64,000 nt of DNA from the human T2T-CHM13v2.0 reference genome, Homo sapiens, in the NCBI RefSeq assembly GCF_009914755.1, contig NC_060940.1, one strand, 5' to 3'. Shown here one piece after another: positions 1-18,090 of this stretch. A program made the position numbers and the translations under genes. The notes beneath the pieces are model-generated. The model searched no databases. It had not been told where the DNA came from and saw nothing but the letters and a program-made list of their open reading frames with translations. Each line of letters starts with the position of its first letter. The first letter of the stretch is position 1.

Positions 1-72
1 AATCTCAAGTGATCTGCCTGCCTTGGCCTCCCAGAATGCTGGGGTTACAGGTGTGAGCCACAGCACCCAGCC
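1..72 (-). mobile_element. Alu, cut by window edge
   Basis: Reverse-complement Alu left-arm 5' end. Confidence 0.9.
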
Positions 73-149
73 CTGATTTTTTTTAATGTAAATACTGTAT
101 GAACCCAGACAAATGTTCTGCCAGGCCAGTGCTGCATGGCTCACCACGT

Positions 150-540
150 GGTGGCCCTGAGAATGGGCCTCATCGACCTGCCTCTACTGGGAGTGTAATT
201 AACCAGGGCCCCAGCTGCTGCGCTGGGGAATCCATATGCTTCCTTCCATGAGGTGCTCCTGGCTAATGACTGAGCATGGCAGGGACACTAAAGCAGACCC
301 CTCCCCGGGAGACACAGGATTCCCCTGTCCCCGGCTTTGGCTTAGGGACTTCCCTATGGTGTTCGCACCCTAACTTTTTTCTCCTCTCTCTTTTACTCAG
401 AGTCAGACTTGCATTACTGTCTCAGGTTCTCCCAGCTTTATGTGGCACCTTCTTTGCTTTCTCTCAAGGGCATTTCCCTTAATAAAAATCACATATGTGT
501 AATCCTGTATGGGAGTTTGTTTCTCAGAACTGGGCTGACA
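150..540 (+). mobile_element. Old ERVL LTR (LTR16-like)
   Basis: cccagctgctg...ggctaatgactgagcatggcaggg...aataaaaatcac...tgaca pattern, recalled consensus. Confidence 0.45.
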
Positions 541-1701
541 CACCATCTTGCAAACTCTGCTTTCGGCATTCAGCTCACACTTACTTACACCCTCCAAACT
601 CCAACTATTTAGGGCTAATTCCATTCCAGCTCCCACCCGTTGAATCCCTTCCCCCTCCCCCTGCTTCCTCCTCCCATTCTGCTTTCCTGGAAACAGCATT
701 TCCACTTACTTTTGAACAATGGTCCTTCCTTCACTGTTCATTCATGGAGTTTGGATAGCACCATCTTCTAAAGCTAGGGCTGAGCACATGATCAGGACTG
801 ACTAATCACCCTCTTCTACTTCCTTAGCCACAATAATTCGTTCAGAGATGGGCACCTGACTCTTACAATGCAATGAGAGTCAGCTTCTTATGCCAGTGCT
901 TTTGGCAAAGGTAAGTTCATTTTCCCCTGGGATTACTAAGCTGGTAGGAGGTAAGTCAGCAGCTGCTGATGGCATAAGAAAAGGGCCTGATAATGAAGCC
1001 AACATGGATGAAAAGAGAGCTGAGAAGTAGAGATCAGACAGATTTCAAAGCATATCATTTAAGCATCTGGATCCAGCCATACTTGAAGTCCAGTCTATCT
1101 GTGGGCTTTGAAGTTGCATGGAACAATAGCAAGATGTAGCTGAGAGAGTTTTGGCTAATATACCACCTCACCTCTCATTCAGTTTCATGGAATATAACAG
1201 ACATTGCCAACTAAAATTTACAAACAGCATTGATATAAAAGCTCCGCCATTTAAAAAAGGAAACTTTCTATTCTTTCACTGTGTGGCCTTGGGAAATTTC
1301 TAATCCGTTCTGAACTTCAGCTTTTTTCCCTCTCAAATGTAGCAAATACAACATAACTTGCTTGCCATGGAGGGAAATCAGATGCCCTTATCTAGGAAAG
1401 TAAAGATAGAGGTATAAAACATTGTTATTTCAAAAAAAAAAAAAAAAAATCCAGCACATAAGTCTAGGAGCATTGAACAAGGGTCAGATTGCATGGATTC
1501 AGATTCCAGCTCCATTACTAACTGGCTGTGTGACCTTGGACAACTCAATTGACCTCTCTGGCCCTCAGTTTCCTTATCAGTAAGACGGAAACTCCAATCA
1601 TATCTATTGCACGGGATAGTTGTAGAAATTAATAGATACATAAGTGCTTAGTGCAACATGTGGCACTCAAAATATGTGTGGTATGATTGTTATTGACACA
1701 A

Positions 1702-2130
1702 TGTTTGACCCATGAATGATTGTGATGCCAACCCCCTCACAGTTGGAAATCCACCTATAACTTTTGACTCCCCCAAAACGTAGCTACTAATAGCCTATTG
1801 TTGACCAGAAGTCTTACCAATAACACAAACAATAGACACATATGTTGTATTTTAGATGATTATACACTGTATTCTTACAATAAAATAAGCCAGAGAAAAC
1901 AATATATGATTAAGAAAATCATAAGGAAGAGAAAATGTATTTGTTATTCATTAAGTGGAAGTGGATCATCATAAACGTCTTCATCCTCATTGTCTTCACA
2001 TTGAGGAGACTGAGGAAGAGGAGGAAGAGGAGGAATTGGTTTTGCCGTCTCAGAGGTGGCAAAAACAGAAAAAAATCCATGTATAAGTGGACCCATGTGG
2101 TTCAAATCCATGTTGTTCAAGGGCCAACTG
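1702..2130. mobile_element. Tigger2a-like DNA transposon remnant
   Basis: Terminal gttgttcaagggccaactg+ta and internal gaggaagaggaggaagagg tract. Confidence 0.75.
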
Positions 2131-2645
2131 TATTTATATTACAATAAATGCTGTTAATGTTGTCACTGTTGACCCTTCTATTCCATTCCCAACATCACTT
2201 CCTATGCCCAGTGGAAAATTCCATCTTAAAATCACCCAGCCCAAGCCCTCTTCAGTAGACTCAGATAGATGGCTTGTCAAGGGCATGACTTAACTTCTCC
2301 AAACACAACCAGCCCAGTTTCAACTGCCATTTGGGGAACTTTCCCAATTACCACATTTCCGCACGTCAAGTATGAATTACTTTAATTGCCCCAGAAGAAC
2401 GCACTGTTGAAACATTTGACTTGCCCAGAACTAATTGTCTGTCAAAAAGATATTTTGCAGCCAAGCTGATCTCTTAATTGGACATCTAATTTAACTGAAA
2501 ACCTTTTTCCCTGCTTGTTTTATGCTTTCTTCTCCTGTTTTTGCCAAATTCTGGATGCTGGGCACTGCTTTCAGAAATAATTTATCTTGTTATTTTCTAT
2601 TATAAAAGTAATACATGTTCATTATAGAAAAACTGAAAAAAAAAA

Positions 2646-3353
2646 TTCCACATGAAGAAAAACAGTGGATCCTAGACTCATTGCCCAGAGGAGGACTATG
2701 AACATTCCACATGAAGAAAAACAGTGGCTCCTAGACTCATTGCCCAGAGGAAGACTATGAACATTCCAAATGAAGAAAAACAGTGGCTCCTAGACTCATT
2801 GCCCAGAGGAAGACTATGAACATTCCAAATGAAGAAAAACAGTGGCTCCTAGACTCATTGCCCAGAGGAAGACTATTAACATTCCACATGAAGAAAAACA
2901 GTGGCTCCTAGACTCATTGCCCAGAGGAGGACTATGAATATTCCACATGAAGAAAAACAGTGGCTCCTAGACTCATTGCCCAGAGGAAGACTATGAACAT
3001 TCCAAATGAAGAAAAACAGTGGCTCCTAGACTCATTGCCCAGAGGAAGACTATGAACATTCCAAATGAAGAAAAACAGTGGCTCCTAGACTCATTGCCCA
3101 GAGGAGGACTATGAACATTCCAAATGAAGAAAAACAGTGGATTCTAGACTCATTGCCCAGAGAAAGACTATGAACATTCCAAATGAAGAAAAACAGTGGA
3201 TCCTAGACTCACTGCCCAGAGGAGGACTATGAACATTCCAAATGAAGAAAAACAGTGGATCCTAGACTCATTGCCCAGAGAAAGACTATGAACATTCCAA
3301 ATGAAGAAAAACAGTGGATCCTAGACTCACTGCCCAGAGGAGGACTATGAACA
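2646..3353. repeat. Minisatellite/VNTR, 12 x 59 bp (ttccamatgaagaaaaacagtggmtcctagactcaytgcccagagrargactatgaaca)
   Basis: Exact 59-bp period, 708 bp, no spacers. Confidence 0.97.
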
Positions 3354-3801
3354 TCTTAGCAAGTCTCCCCTCAGGTTGTCCTAGAATAGATGTCTCTACG
3401 TAGTTAATAAAAACATACATTCAAGTTTTGCAGCTTTTTGTTCCACTTTACATTTTAAGTTGAACGTTTACACTTCCCATTCCAAGATCTTCAGAAACAT
3501 GTTTAGAAACAGAAGAATATCCCAACAACAGTCTGTTTAACCTCTTCCCCTAATGCTGAACTATTGTTGCTTTAAGCATACATTTTCTGTGTGTGTTTCA
3601 GATGTAGTTTCCTTAGGAAAGATTCTCTATGCTGTGCAACAATTCCCCATGTGTCTCTTACATTTCTGCACATCTTGTGTCAGCATTTGTTCTAGACCGT
3701 CTTTATAAGGATGTTTGTATAGCTAATAGCATTGGAAGATAGGGCTAATATAGTAGAAGACAGATTTATTTGCTGATTAGGATTATAATAATAATATCTC
3801 C

Positions 3802-4132
<331 letters not shown>

Positions 4133-4259
4133 AGGATTATAATGACAATGTCTCCCTCCATCCAGGGTAAAGGTTGAAAAGACCAAGATTCCTAAACTTG
4201 GGGTTCCTCAGGTGTGATGCAAATCCACTGCAGGCACAGATTCTACCTGGATCCATCCG

Positions 4260-5230
<971 letters not shown>

Positions 5231-6695
5231 ACCTGTGTCACCCTTGAGGGACTTGGGGGTCAAAGGGAACTGGTGCAGACATGAAGCTCAAGCTTCCTGT
5301 TGTGCCATGAAAAATAAAGTCCTTTATCTCTCAATCCAGAGTCTCATGTCTTCTGCCCACATCCATAAAACTCACTAGCCTCCATGTAGGATAATATCTT
5401 AGACCAGCACAGTTCTTGACACTCTAGAAGTGAATTTGTTGGATCAAAAAGCATGAACAATTGCTAAAACTCTTAATATGTCTTGTCAATTAGCTCTCCA
5501 AACAAATATGAGTCATTGCCTGAAATCTCTTTTGTCCTCAGGAAGGGATAGAGCTGCTTGACTCAGATCTCTCAGGTGGCCTTAGACTGTAATGTCTTCC
5601 TTTCGTGCAGAGCTCTTACCATCCTAAGCCACTACACCTACCTAATATTCTATAAAAAGCTTTTTCTCCCTACCCAGTGTCTCCAATGAGCTGACTTTCT
5701 TTTCTGGATTACTCTTTTATGTAATAAAAAGTAGACATGAGGGTCAAACAGAAAGGGAAAAAGGGGAATTTGTTTAATTTCTACCAAGTGCCAGGCATAG
5801 TACAAAGAACATTTAGATAAGGCAGAAGGCATTAATTATTTTTATCTACCCAGAACCCACTGCCCCACCTAAGCACCCCAGCCCCTGACCTGGCCACGTG
5901 GGTGGCTATGTGACCTGAGCTGAACCAATCAGAGTCCTTCCCTGGGATTTTTTTCACATCATAACCACATGAGAAGGTCTCCCATTATGAAACAGAGAAG
6001 CTTGTTGGCAGCCATGGTTCTAGCCAAGGATGGAAAAAACAACCAAAAAAAGAAAAGAAACAAAAAAAACCCACCATGGTAAAAAAATACATATATAAAA
6101 ATAAAAAAGATATGAAAGACAGACAGACATGGGGAATGGTCTCTTTCCAGTTGCCCCTGCCACTCAACTGCTCTCCTACCTTCCTGGATTTGGTTATGAG
6201 AGTCAATAAATTATCCCCTTTTATTGCCTAAATGACTTCCATATGAGTTTCTGCTCCTTGCAACCAACATAATCTTGACAATTAATAGTAGCTAGCATTT
6301 TGTGAGTGTTTACTGTGCCATGCCCATTAATACACCTAATCCTCTCTACAATTGGACAGGTAAGGTGCTTTTAGTAACCTCCAATGTACAAAAAGGAAAA
6401 CAAGTTGGGTGAAGTGAAATGACTTGCTCACAGTCGCTGGGCTAACAAGGGGGCAGAGTCAAAGTTTAAAGCCAGAGCCCATACTCTTCCCTATTGTATA
6501 ACACAGACATGCTGTCTCTGTTCCCAGTGCTGGGGAATGCAGAGAACTGGGGACTGAAGGAAGAGCAGGCGTTCAGGTAAGCATTAATCAGGGGACCTTC
6601 CACAAGGGAAAAGGGAGTACTGGCCCAGTTGAAGTCCAGCCAGCACTCAGCATGGTCAAGGATGGGGTGGTGCTCTCTCCAGCCATTCAAGGTGC

Positions 6696-7155
6696 TGAGA
6701 AAAGAACAGAACTTTCATCTGAGGAATACAAGCCTTTTAAATTATTAGGCCCAGAGAGGCAATAGAACGAGATAGCAATCATGTCCTACATACCCCCTTT
6801 GAGCTCGGTATTCATTTCTTAAAACTGCTTGCCATTGCCACAAGTAGCTATAAATTAATCTAATAATGCCCCACTGGATGCTATAACCCACACCTCATAG
6901 CTTAACAATGTATAGCCAATCACTCGTCAATGTTATTTCTGAAAACCAGTGAGAATTCCTGGCAACCAACTGTGTACCAGCCCACTCCATGTCCCCCTTT
7001 TTTGCCTTTATAAATCCACTTGTAACTGCTGCTAATTGGAGTGTATATTCAGGGAAACTTGAATCTACGCTCCCTGGCTACAGTCCTCAAGCTTGGCCCA
7101 AACAGAGTCTTTACTTATATTAATTTTGCCTCAGCTTCTTCCTTTTAGGTTGACA
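6696..7155 (+). mobile_element. ERV1 solo LTR (MER4 group, MER49-like)
   Basis: TG...CA ends with 4-bp TSD gtgc (6692-6695 / 7156-7159); CCAAT and TATAAA boxes. Confidence 0.75.
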
Positions 7156-7221
7156 GTGCTACAGGCTGAATTATGTCCCCCTAAAATTCAAATTTGAATA
7201 AATGTTCAAATATGAATTTGA

Positions 7222-7583
<362 letters not shown>

Positions 7584-8482
7584 TTTGAAGCCCTTCAACC
7601 ATATGGATCATATCTTGAAGCCCTAACCCCCTAGCACCTCAGACTGTCACTGTATTTGGAGATAGGGGCTTGAAATAGGTGATTAAGTTTAAACCTATTT
7701 AGCTCATTTAGGGTGAGCTCTAATCCAACCAGACTCATGTTGTTATAGGAAGAGGAGATTAGGACACACAGAGAGACACCAGGGATGGACAGGCACAGAG
7801 GAAAGACCATCTGAGGACACACCAGAATCGACCATCTGCAAGCCAAGAGGAGGTCTTTGGAGGAACCAACCCTGCTGACACCCTGATCTCAGACTTCCAG
7901 CCTCCAGAATTGTGAGAAAATTAATCTCTGTCATTTAAGCCACCCAGTCTGTAGTACTTTGTTATGGCAGCTCCAGCAAACTATATCTACAGGAATCCAT
8001 CACCACTTATGACAGGCTCTGCCACATAGTAGGTGTGTGTGCACACACCACACACAAACATGTTTAGAATATGAAATCCGTGAACCCTACTCCCACACTG
8101 ATAACAGTTCAGGAACAGTTGATTTTCCCTCAGGGAATCTGGTTTGTTTTCCTAGTTTCCATCCCATCAAGACCCCTTCCCACCTGCTGGGAAATACTTG
8201 CCTGAACCCCTCGTTCCTTTCACAACACACACCTGATGGTAGGAAGAAGCTTCCAACTCTGATATTGACAGGGTGCTTGTAACCTAGCACCCTTTCTCCT
8301 ACCTTGTTATGGAAAAATAAATCCTTTATCCTATTTCAACTACAGTCTTGGCAAAGGAAAAAACAAAACAAAAAAGGAAACCAGCCTAGAAATGGAAACC
8401 AAAGATCATGAACAGTGCTATGCTGAGTTACAGCTAAGGGTTGGCCTTTCTGGAGCTGGCTGCCTTCAGATGGCAGGGCTCT

Positions 8483-8484
<2 letters not shown>

Positions 8485-8522
<38 letters not shown>
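8485..8522. repeat. (GT)19 microsatellite
   Basis: Read directly. Confidence 0.97.
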
Positions 8523-8524
<2 letters not shown>

Positions 8525-8910
8525 CAGAAGCACAAGATGACACACCCTGTGGTGGGGTCAGGCAAGCTGATTGTGGGAAAGGTGGGAACAGAATATTTTA
8601 CAACAATGTTGGAAAAATGGGTTTACATTCTCTGAGAGGAAGATACCCAAAGCTTCAAGCTCACCTCAAGGGAAAATTGAGCTAGGTTTCCATGCTCTCC
8701 ACTTGGATCTCACGCACATGAACACACATACAACCTTCTCCTCAATATTCACAAGAGGCCTCTGTTGTCTGCTTCTCCAGAGAGCGGAGGTGAATTTACC
8801 TGAAGCTAATGAGGCTTGGGCTTCAGGGTCTTTTCCTTGTACCTGTCTCTTTAAATGCTGGACTTGGGGAAGGCTTTAGGTGAGAAGGGAAAGCTGGGTT
8901 TCAATAATGA

Positions 8911-9310
<400 letters not shown>

Positions 9311-10249
9311 CAGCTACAGGAATATTATACTTAATTTCTCATTCCAAAATAACATTCTCTTTTGTGCCTAATTTTAAATTCATAATTTTGTATTCTTTTT
9401 CTTAAACAGAGATCCCCATATTATAAAAGCTTCAGTCCCCACAAAAACTGGATCTGGTTCTGCCAAAATGATATATCCTTTATGATATTTATAGAGACGT
9501 TCTGATTATTTCTGAACATCTCAGACTTTCTGGAACCAAGACAGGTTCGATTATGAACATCTGTTGTCTAATTTTAAAGACCAAGGGGGAAGCCGGGTCC
9601 TTATGAGGGCCATAAAGGCTCCAAGCTAGATGGATATTGGGGGAGTGGGTTAGCAGAGATGTCCTAAAACAATGAATTACACTAATGGGAAGAACAAAAG
9701 GTAAGTCTAATCACAGATGTCTTGGTTTTCAAGCTAGTCAGACTTCAGATAACTGTCAAATCTTCAGCCATAAATCGAAAGTGGAGGAGAATTAAAGATC
9801 CATCCTTGTTTGCTTACAGAATTTACTTAATTTAGCCACTCTATCCTTAATTGATAGCAACAGGTTTTTTCAAAATAGTCAAAGTAATCTATGCTTTGCT
9901 ACATAATAGCAAAAGTAATAGCCAACATTCATCAACACCTACTATGTTATACCCTTGACAGGGTTTCCTATTTTAGTAGTCAAAGCAATTTCATGGAGTA
10001 GCAATTACAGTTGTAATTTCACTAGTGAGAATGCAGAGTGAGGCTCAGAGAGGTTAAGGAACTTACCCAAGGTCACACAGCTAGTGAGTGGAGAGTTGGA
10101 ATTTCATCTCTCTGATTTTAAAGTCTGGGCCCTTTCCTCTACTGCCTCTCTCTGAACTCAATGACACATCCTAAGTAAGTAAGGGCTTCTACACAGGATG
10201 TGTTAGACTATGCTGCAGTAACAAACAACCCCTGGATCTCAGGAACTTA

Positions 10250-10567
<318 letters not shown>

Positions 10568-11663
10568 CTAGAAATAACTCCAACCTTATTTTCTTGAACA
10601 CGACTCATCCTGACCCTCCAGCACTCCATTGATCTGGGCTAAATATATGGAATCCTGCAGATGAAGACACCAGCACCCAAAGCTAATGGGACACAGAAAA
10701 CAGAGGCCACTCAAATAAATGTCAGCACTCCTAGTTACTGAATACTCTGTGTCTGGCAAGTTTCATCATTAGTCAGTTATTCATTCACTCAATCAACAAC
10801 TACTTACTGAGTTAATATGGCAGCATGGTTATGAGCACAGACTCTGGAGCAAGAGGTCCTAGGTTCAAATCCCAGTTACCCTGCTTATCAGCTAAATGAC
10901 TTCTCAGTGCCTTGGTTTCTCCATCCAGAAAAATGGGGATTATAATTAATAATTGCCTACCTCATTGGGTTAAGTGGATAAACTAAGAACAGTGGCATGC
11001 CCATATGACATGCTCTATAATTTTTATTATCACTGTGTGCCAGGCATTATTCTATATGATGGAGGATGCAGCTATGAATAGGGCAGACAAGGTGCCTGTC
11101 TTTACAGAGCTTCTATTCTAGTGAAGGAGAGAGGCTTTATTAGCGAGTAATCCTTGATCGAGCCATACCTGAAGCTAATGCCACATCCTTCAACCTTCCA
11201 ATTTCCCCAGGCATTAAGTTCTTTTTTCTTTTCTGCCTAGGCTAGCTTGCACTGAGTTTCTCTCCCTTGTGAACCAAAGTGTCCTGACCAGTACAGAGGT
11301 CTAAAGCCTAAGCTCTTTCCAGTCTGCCCCTTGCCCCTTTCCAGCTGAAGCCCTATTCATTTGCACCCAACATCATCATTGCGTCCAGTGCCTCACCACT
11401 TGGTGAGACCCTTGAATATTCAAACCAGCGTGTAAGCAGAGAGTTAGGAACTATAAACAGTAAATTATAACAAGCATGAAATGGAAGCCTGCTGCTGATC
11501 ATTCGCAAGAGAGCAATCAAATCTGTCTTGGTGCCTACATGTTTTATGGAAAACATGTCTATGTTTTAAAAGTGTTTTTGAAATAAAAAATAATTTACTA
11601 ACTAAATTAGATTTCCACATGTTTTATCTAGTTAACCCATCCCTTATCATAAGAAACGTAACT

Positions 11664-11666
<3 letters not shown>

Positions 11667-11697
<31 letters not shown>

Positions 11698-11978
11698 GAT
11701 GGAGTCTCACTCTATCACCCAGGCTGGAGTACAGTGGTGTGATCCCGGCTCACTGCAACCTCTGCCTCCTGAATTCAAGTGATGCTCCTGCCTCAGCCTC
11801 TCAAGTAGCTGTGATTACAGGTGTGCGTCACCATGCCCAGCTAATTTTTATAATTGTAGTAGAGATGGGGTTTCACCATGTTGACCAGGCTGGTCTTGAA
11901 CTCCTGACCTCAAGTGATCCTCCTGCCCTGGCCTCCCAATCATGGTGGGATTATAGGCTTGAGCCCCTGTGCCTGGCC
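11667..11978 (-). mobile_element. AluS
   Basis: Poly-T then antisense dimer; degenerate TSD agaaa..taacttctt. Confidence 0.93.
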
Positions 11979-12742
11979 TAGAAAGCTAACTTCTTAATTG
12001 CAAGCTACTTTCATCAATATAATGCATTTGTCTCACTCCTTAAAGGACTCCTGTCACAGTGGATTGGCAAAGAACAGGTCAGACACAAGAGGCAGTGGAG
12101 TATTAGTAAAATACACGTGGATTTGGAGTCAGACCTTCCTAGGTTTAAATGCTGGTTTTATCGCATACTAGTTGTATGCCTTCATTGGGGTTTCCCAAGA
12201 ATCAGACCCTGAGACAAGACTCCAAGAGTAAGTCATCTATGTGGGAGGTAAATGAAACATGACACAGGAAATGAAATAGGTCAGGGAGGCAGCCAGTAAA
12301 GGGCATATTATAAAACAAGTTACTACTTGGGACAATAACTGGAAAACTTGCTGGAAAACTTGCTGGAAAACTCTAGGATACAGTGTAGAACATCTCTAGC
12401 AATGTGCTGGTAGATGTTTAACAACCAACAATGCAGAAAAATATTAAAAGCCCAGATTTGTAGTGTCTGCCCATATCCATGGTGTAAATCCTCCCACCAT
12501 GGCTGATTTCACACTACCTTGTCCCTGAACAAGGACTTGGGGAAAGATGCACATACCAGCTCTTGCTTCATAGTTATCTGACCTAAGGGGTGAGGGAGAT
12601 GGGGTACTTATCCACATACACCAACTCTCATCAGTTCCTGGTGGAGGGATGCTCCCAGGGCAGGTGTTGATTCCTCCAAGACTTCCAAGCCATCATACGG
12701 GTGGGCAAAGACAGTACAACCAGAAAAAGACCTCAGAAAGAG

Positions 12743-13207
<465 letters not shown>

Positions 13208-13369
13208 AAAAAGTCCTCAGAAAGAGAATGCAACTACATTTGGATGGGTCAGTGGATGCTTAAGAGGTAAAGGGTTAGAAGATACAAGGGAAGCACTGAA
13301 AGCATCTGTTACTCTGTGCAATTGTGAAAACGTTATTTCATTTCTCTAGGCTTCCAATATTGCATTGGT

Positions 13370-13930
13370 AAGATATGATTCATTGAATCTTCCAACAAAT
13401 ATTCATGGAGCACTTAGTATATACCCAGCAATCTTCAGGCCATAGGAAACAGAATGTTGAGTTACCATGACAAAGTCACTGTCACAGAGCCAGTGGGGAA
13501 AGCAGCCTCTAAACATGCCACCCAGTAAGTAACAAAGATCATTTCGGGAATGGTGAGGACTATGATGTTAGAGAGGGTGATGGGAGGGAGAATAATGTAG
13601 CGGAGAGGACATGAACGGGAAAATCTTTCTGAAAGGGTAACGTGTAAGGTGAGGCTCAACAGATGAGAGGAAATGTGTTGTAAAAAGATCTGGGAGCAGC
13701 ATTCCAGGTGGAGGAAACTGCATGTGCAAAGGCCCAGAGGTGGGAAGGAGCTTGGCTTGTTCATGGAAAAGAATGGAAGCCAGTGTGTCTAGATCAAAAT
13801 GAATCAGGCAGAAGGTAAGCAGGTAACCAGGAAACAGAGTGGAGGGGCAGGCAGGAATCAGTGTCTGCAGTGCGTGCTCAGCATCATAAAGGGTTTGGGT
13901 AGTAACACAACCCTGAAGAGTTGTTAAATG
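13370..13930 (-). mobile_element. L2 fragment
   Basis: caacaaatattcatggagcac...cattccaggtggaggaaactgcatgtgcaaaggcccagagg. Confidence 0.7.
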
Positions 13931-14679
13931 AGCTCCCATGCATGTAACTGGCATTACTCATGTTATTAACCTGGGAAACTGTCACGTCTCTTACTTTTCC
14001 ATTTAATCTCATGCCCATCCTCTTTGCTCACAGGAGCCAAGAAGTCCAGTATCTCACTCCACATCTGCCTTCTCGTGGTCCAACACTCTGCCGACTCAGT
14101 TAATCCAAAGATCACTTCCAAACTTCAGGCTGATGGAAACCTGAGGAGTCGGATCCATTCATAGGCAGCCCCATTTTCACCTTCCCTTGTCCCCGAGGCT
14201 GCCATTAGGTTGAAAACCAGTCTGGTACTGTCAGCGTGTCTTTGTCTACAGCTATGAAAAAGTCCACATAGTCCAGTCTCTACATAGGGCACAATGATTC
14301 TCCTCTACATCTCAGCTACCAGGTACCAGCTTGTCGAACACACATGCAAACATTCAAACCCTTCTCAGGTTCCCCTCTAGGGCCTTCAGGGACTTATCCG
14401 GCATACCTGAGGTTGGGGCCATTGCAATCTATTCTTAGTCTAGTGTTAAGCCGGGTCAACAGCGGAGATGCTCCTTCTCCTTGAACTAATTTTATTTCCA
14501 GAGTTTCATTTTCCTTCCCTGCAACATTAGGCATCATTTGGGGATATTTTTATCCATCCATATGGATTTCAAAATCTCATAAAGAAGGAGCTGGGAGAAG
14601 AATGAGGAATCACTGATTTTAATGACTGTATTTGTTGATCTCTTACTCCATTCCTGGACCCATGTTGAATAACATAAAT

Positions 14680-15635
<956 letters not shown>

Positions 15636-16648
15636 TATATATGTTCTTTCATCATCACCACATCATCTAATTTTACAGATGAGAACACTGAGGCTTGGGG
15701 AGATATTAAATGTCTTATCCAGATTGCATGCATGTAAGTGACATAAGCACGATTTGAAACTAAGCAATCCAACACGAGAGTCCTAGGTCTAGAGCCTCTC
15801 TGACCTGCTTTCTACCTAGAAATTATCTGAGTTCTTTATGCAAATTGATGCACTTTTTCATCCCTTTGGTCTCTTGAAGTGGCAGCTTTTGCTGCACCCA
15901 GTTCTCACAACAACTTGCAAAGAGGATCAACACACACGACTGATCACGAGATAAAGGAAGTCTGAAGCAGTCCCCACCAAACATGCAAATTCAATGAATG
16001 AAGATCCATTTCTTGCAGCTTTCTGCTTTGTATAATAACATTTGGCTGTGATGATCTATTATGACACTAATCCTTGCACAGCCCAGAGAAGATGGGCAAT
16101 AGTTTTCTGGATGTCAGTGGGACTCTGGCACAAGGGCCAGCCAATTTTGGTGAGCGCAACAGGAAATTCTTTGCAATGTCCTTGTGAATCTGAGGTTACA
16201 AAGACTGGCTCAATCTGTCACAGGAAGCATGCTGGAATGCCTTTGTCCTTCTTTCTAGTTTTTCTTTCTTTCTTTCTAATAATTCTCAGTGTGGGAGAAT
16301 ATTATTCTTTCTAATAATTCTCGGTGTGGGCTTACATCCTTTGCTTTGGGAAAGGTTTCTATCATTAGACCTCTCTTTTCCCCCAACCAGCCAGCTGTGA
16401 AGCGGTTCACTGCGGACCCAACCTCTGGCATGACTGTGGATCAGCAGCACCAATGCCATGAAGACTGCAGACACACTGGAGAACCAAGGCTAATTCCCTT
16501 AGCCATTGAGCCTCCGCTTTCCATCCATGAAATGACTCTCAAAATGCCAGCTTGGGCTATTGCTTGCTTCAGAGCACCTAAGAGCATCTGAACAAAAGGA
16601 ATATCTTTTTCACAGATGTAAATGAGGAAAGCGAGGATTATACAGTAG

Positions 16649-17118
<470 letters not shown>

Positions 17119-17329
17119 TGAGGACCAAATGAGATCAAGAATGCAAAAGCTCTCTGTCAACTGTGAAACACTACCAGGAGTAAAGATTCACAAGGCATGA
17201 GTTGCCACAAGGCAGTATAGCATGGTGGTTAGGAGGTTAAGCTCTTAAACCAGATTACTTGGATTCCAGTATAACCCCAGGATACTTAACTTTGTTTTGT
17301 GGTGTTGTTGTTTTGTTGGTGTTGTTGCT

Positions 17330-17634
17330 TGGTATTTTGTCTAATTTTCAGAAACAGGGTCTTGCTCTGTTGCCCAGGCTGGAGTGCAGTGGGCATGATC
17401 ATAGTTCACTGCAGCCTTGAACTCCTGGGCTTAAGCTATCCTCCTGCCTCAGCCTGTGGAGTAGCTGGGACTAGAGGTGTGCACCACCGCACCTGGCTAA
17501 TTTATTTAATTTTTGTGGAGACAGGGTCTTGCTTTCTTGCCTCAGCTTGTCTCGAACTCCTGACCTCAAGCAATCCTCCCATCTTGGCCTCCAAAAGAGC
17601 TGGGATTATAGGTGTGAGTCACTGCGCCCAGCCA
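17330..17634 (-). mobile_element. AluJ inside a MIR
   Basis: Antisense dimer; MIR core on both sides. Confidence 0.88.
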
Positions 17635-17790
17635 ATTTAAATTCTTTAAGTCTCAGTTTTTCCATTTGTAAAATGGGCATAGTAATAGTACATTTGTCAC
17701 AGAGTTGGTTTGTGATAGGATAAGGTGATGCATGTTCACTAGAAATGAAGAGAGAAGGGTTATGATTCATTGAAAAGAAAGAAAAACCTA

Positions 17791-18090
17791 GGCTGGGTGT
17801 AGTGGCTCACACCTGTAATCCCAGCACTTTGGGAGGCTGAGGCAGGAGGATGAATTGAGGACAGAAGTTCTAGACCAGACTAGGCAACATAGTGAGACCC
17901 TGTTTCTACTAAATAAATAAATAAATAAGCCAGGCATGGTGGCATGAACCCTGCAGTCCAAGCTACTCAGAAGGCTAAGGCAGGAGGATCACCTGAGCTC
18001 AGGAACTTGAGGCTGCAGTGAGTTATAATTGTGCCACTACACTCCAGTATGGGTGACAGACTGAGATCTTGTCTCTATAAAGAAAAAAAG
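17791..18090 (+). mobile_element. AluJ
   Basis: Sense dimer. Confidence 0.9.

Noticed and set aside
2646-3353. CRISPR-like array
   Set aside because: Units are contiguous near-identical 59-mers with no unique spacers, there are no cas genes, and the context is primate.
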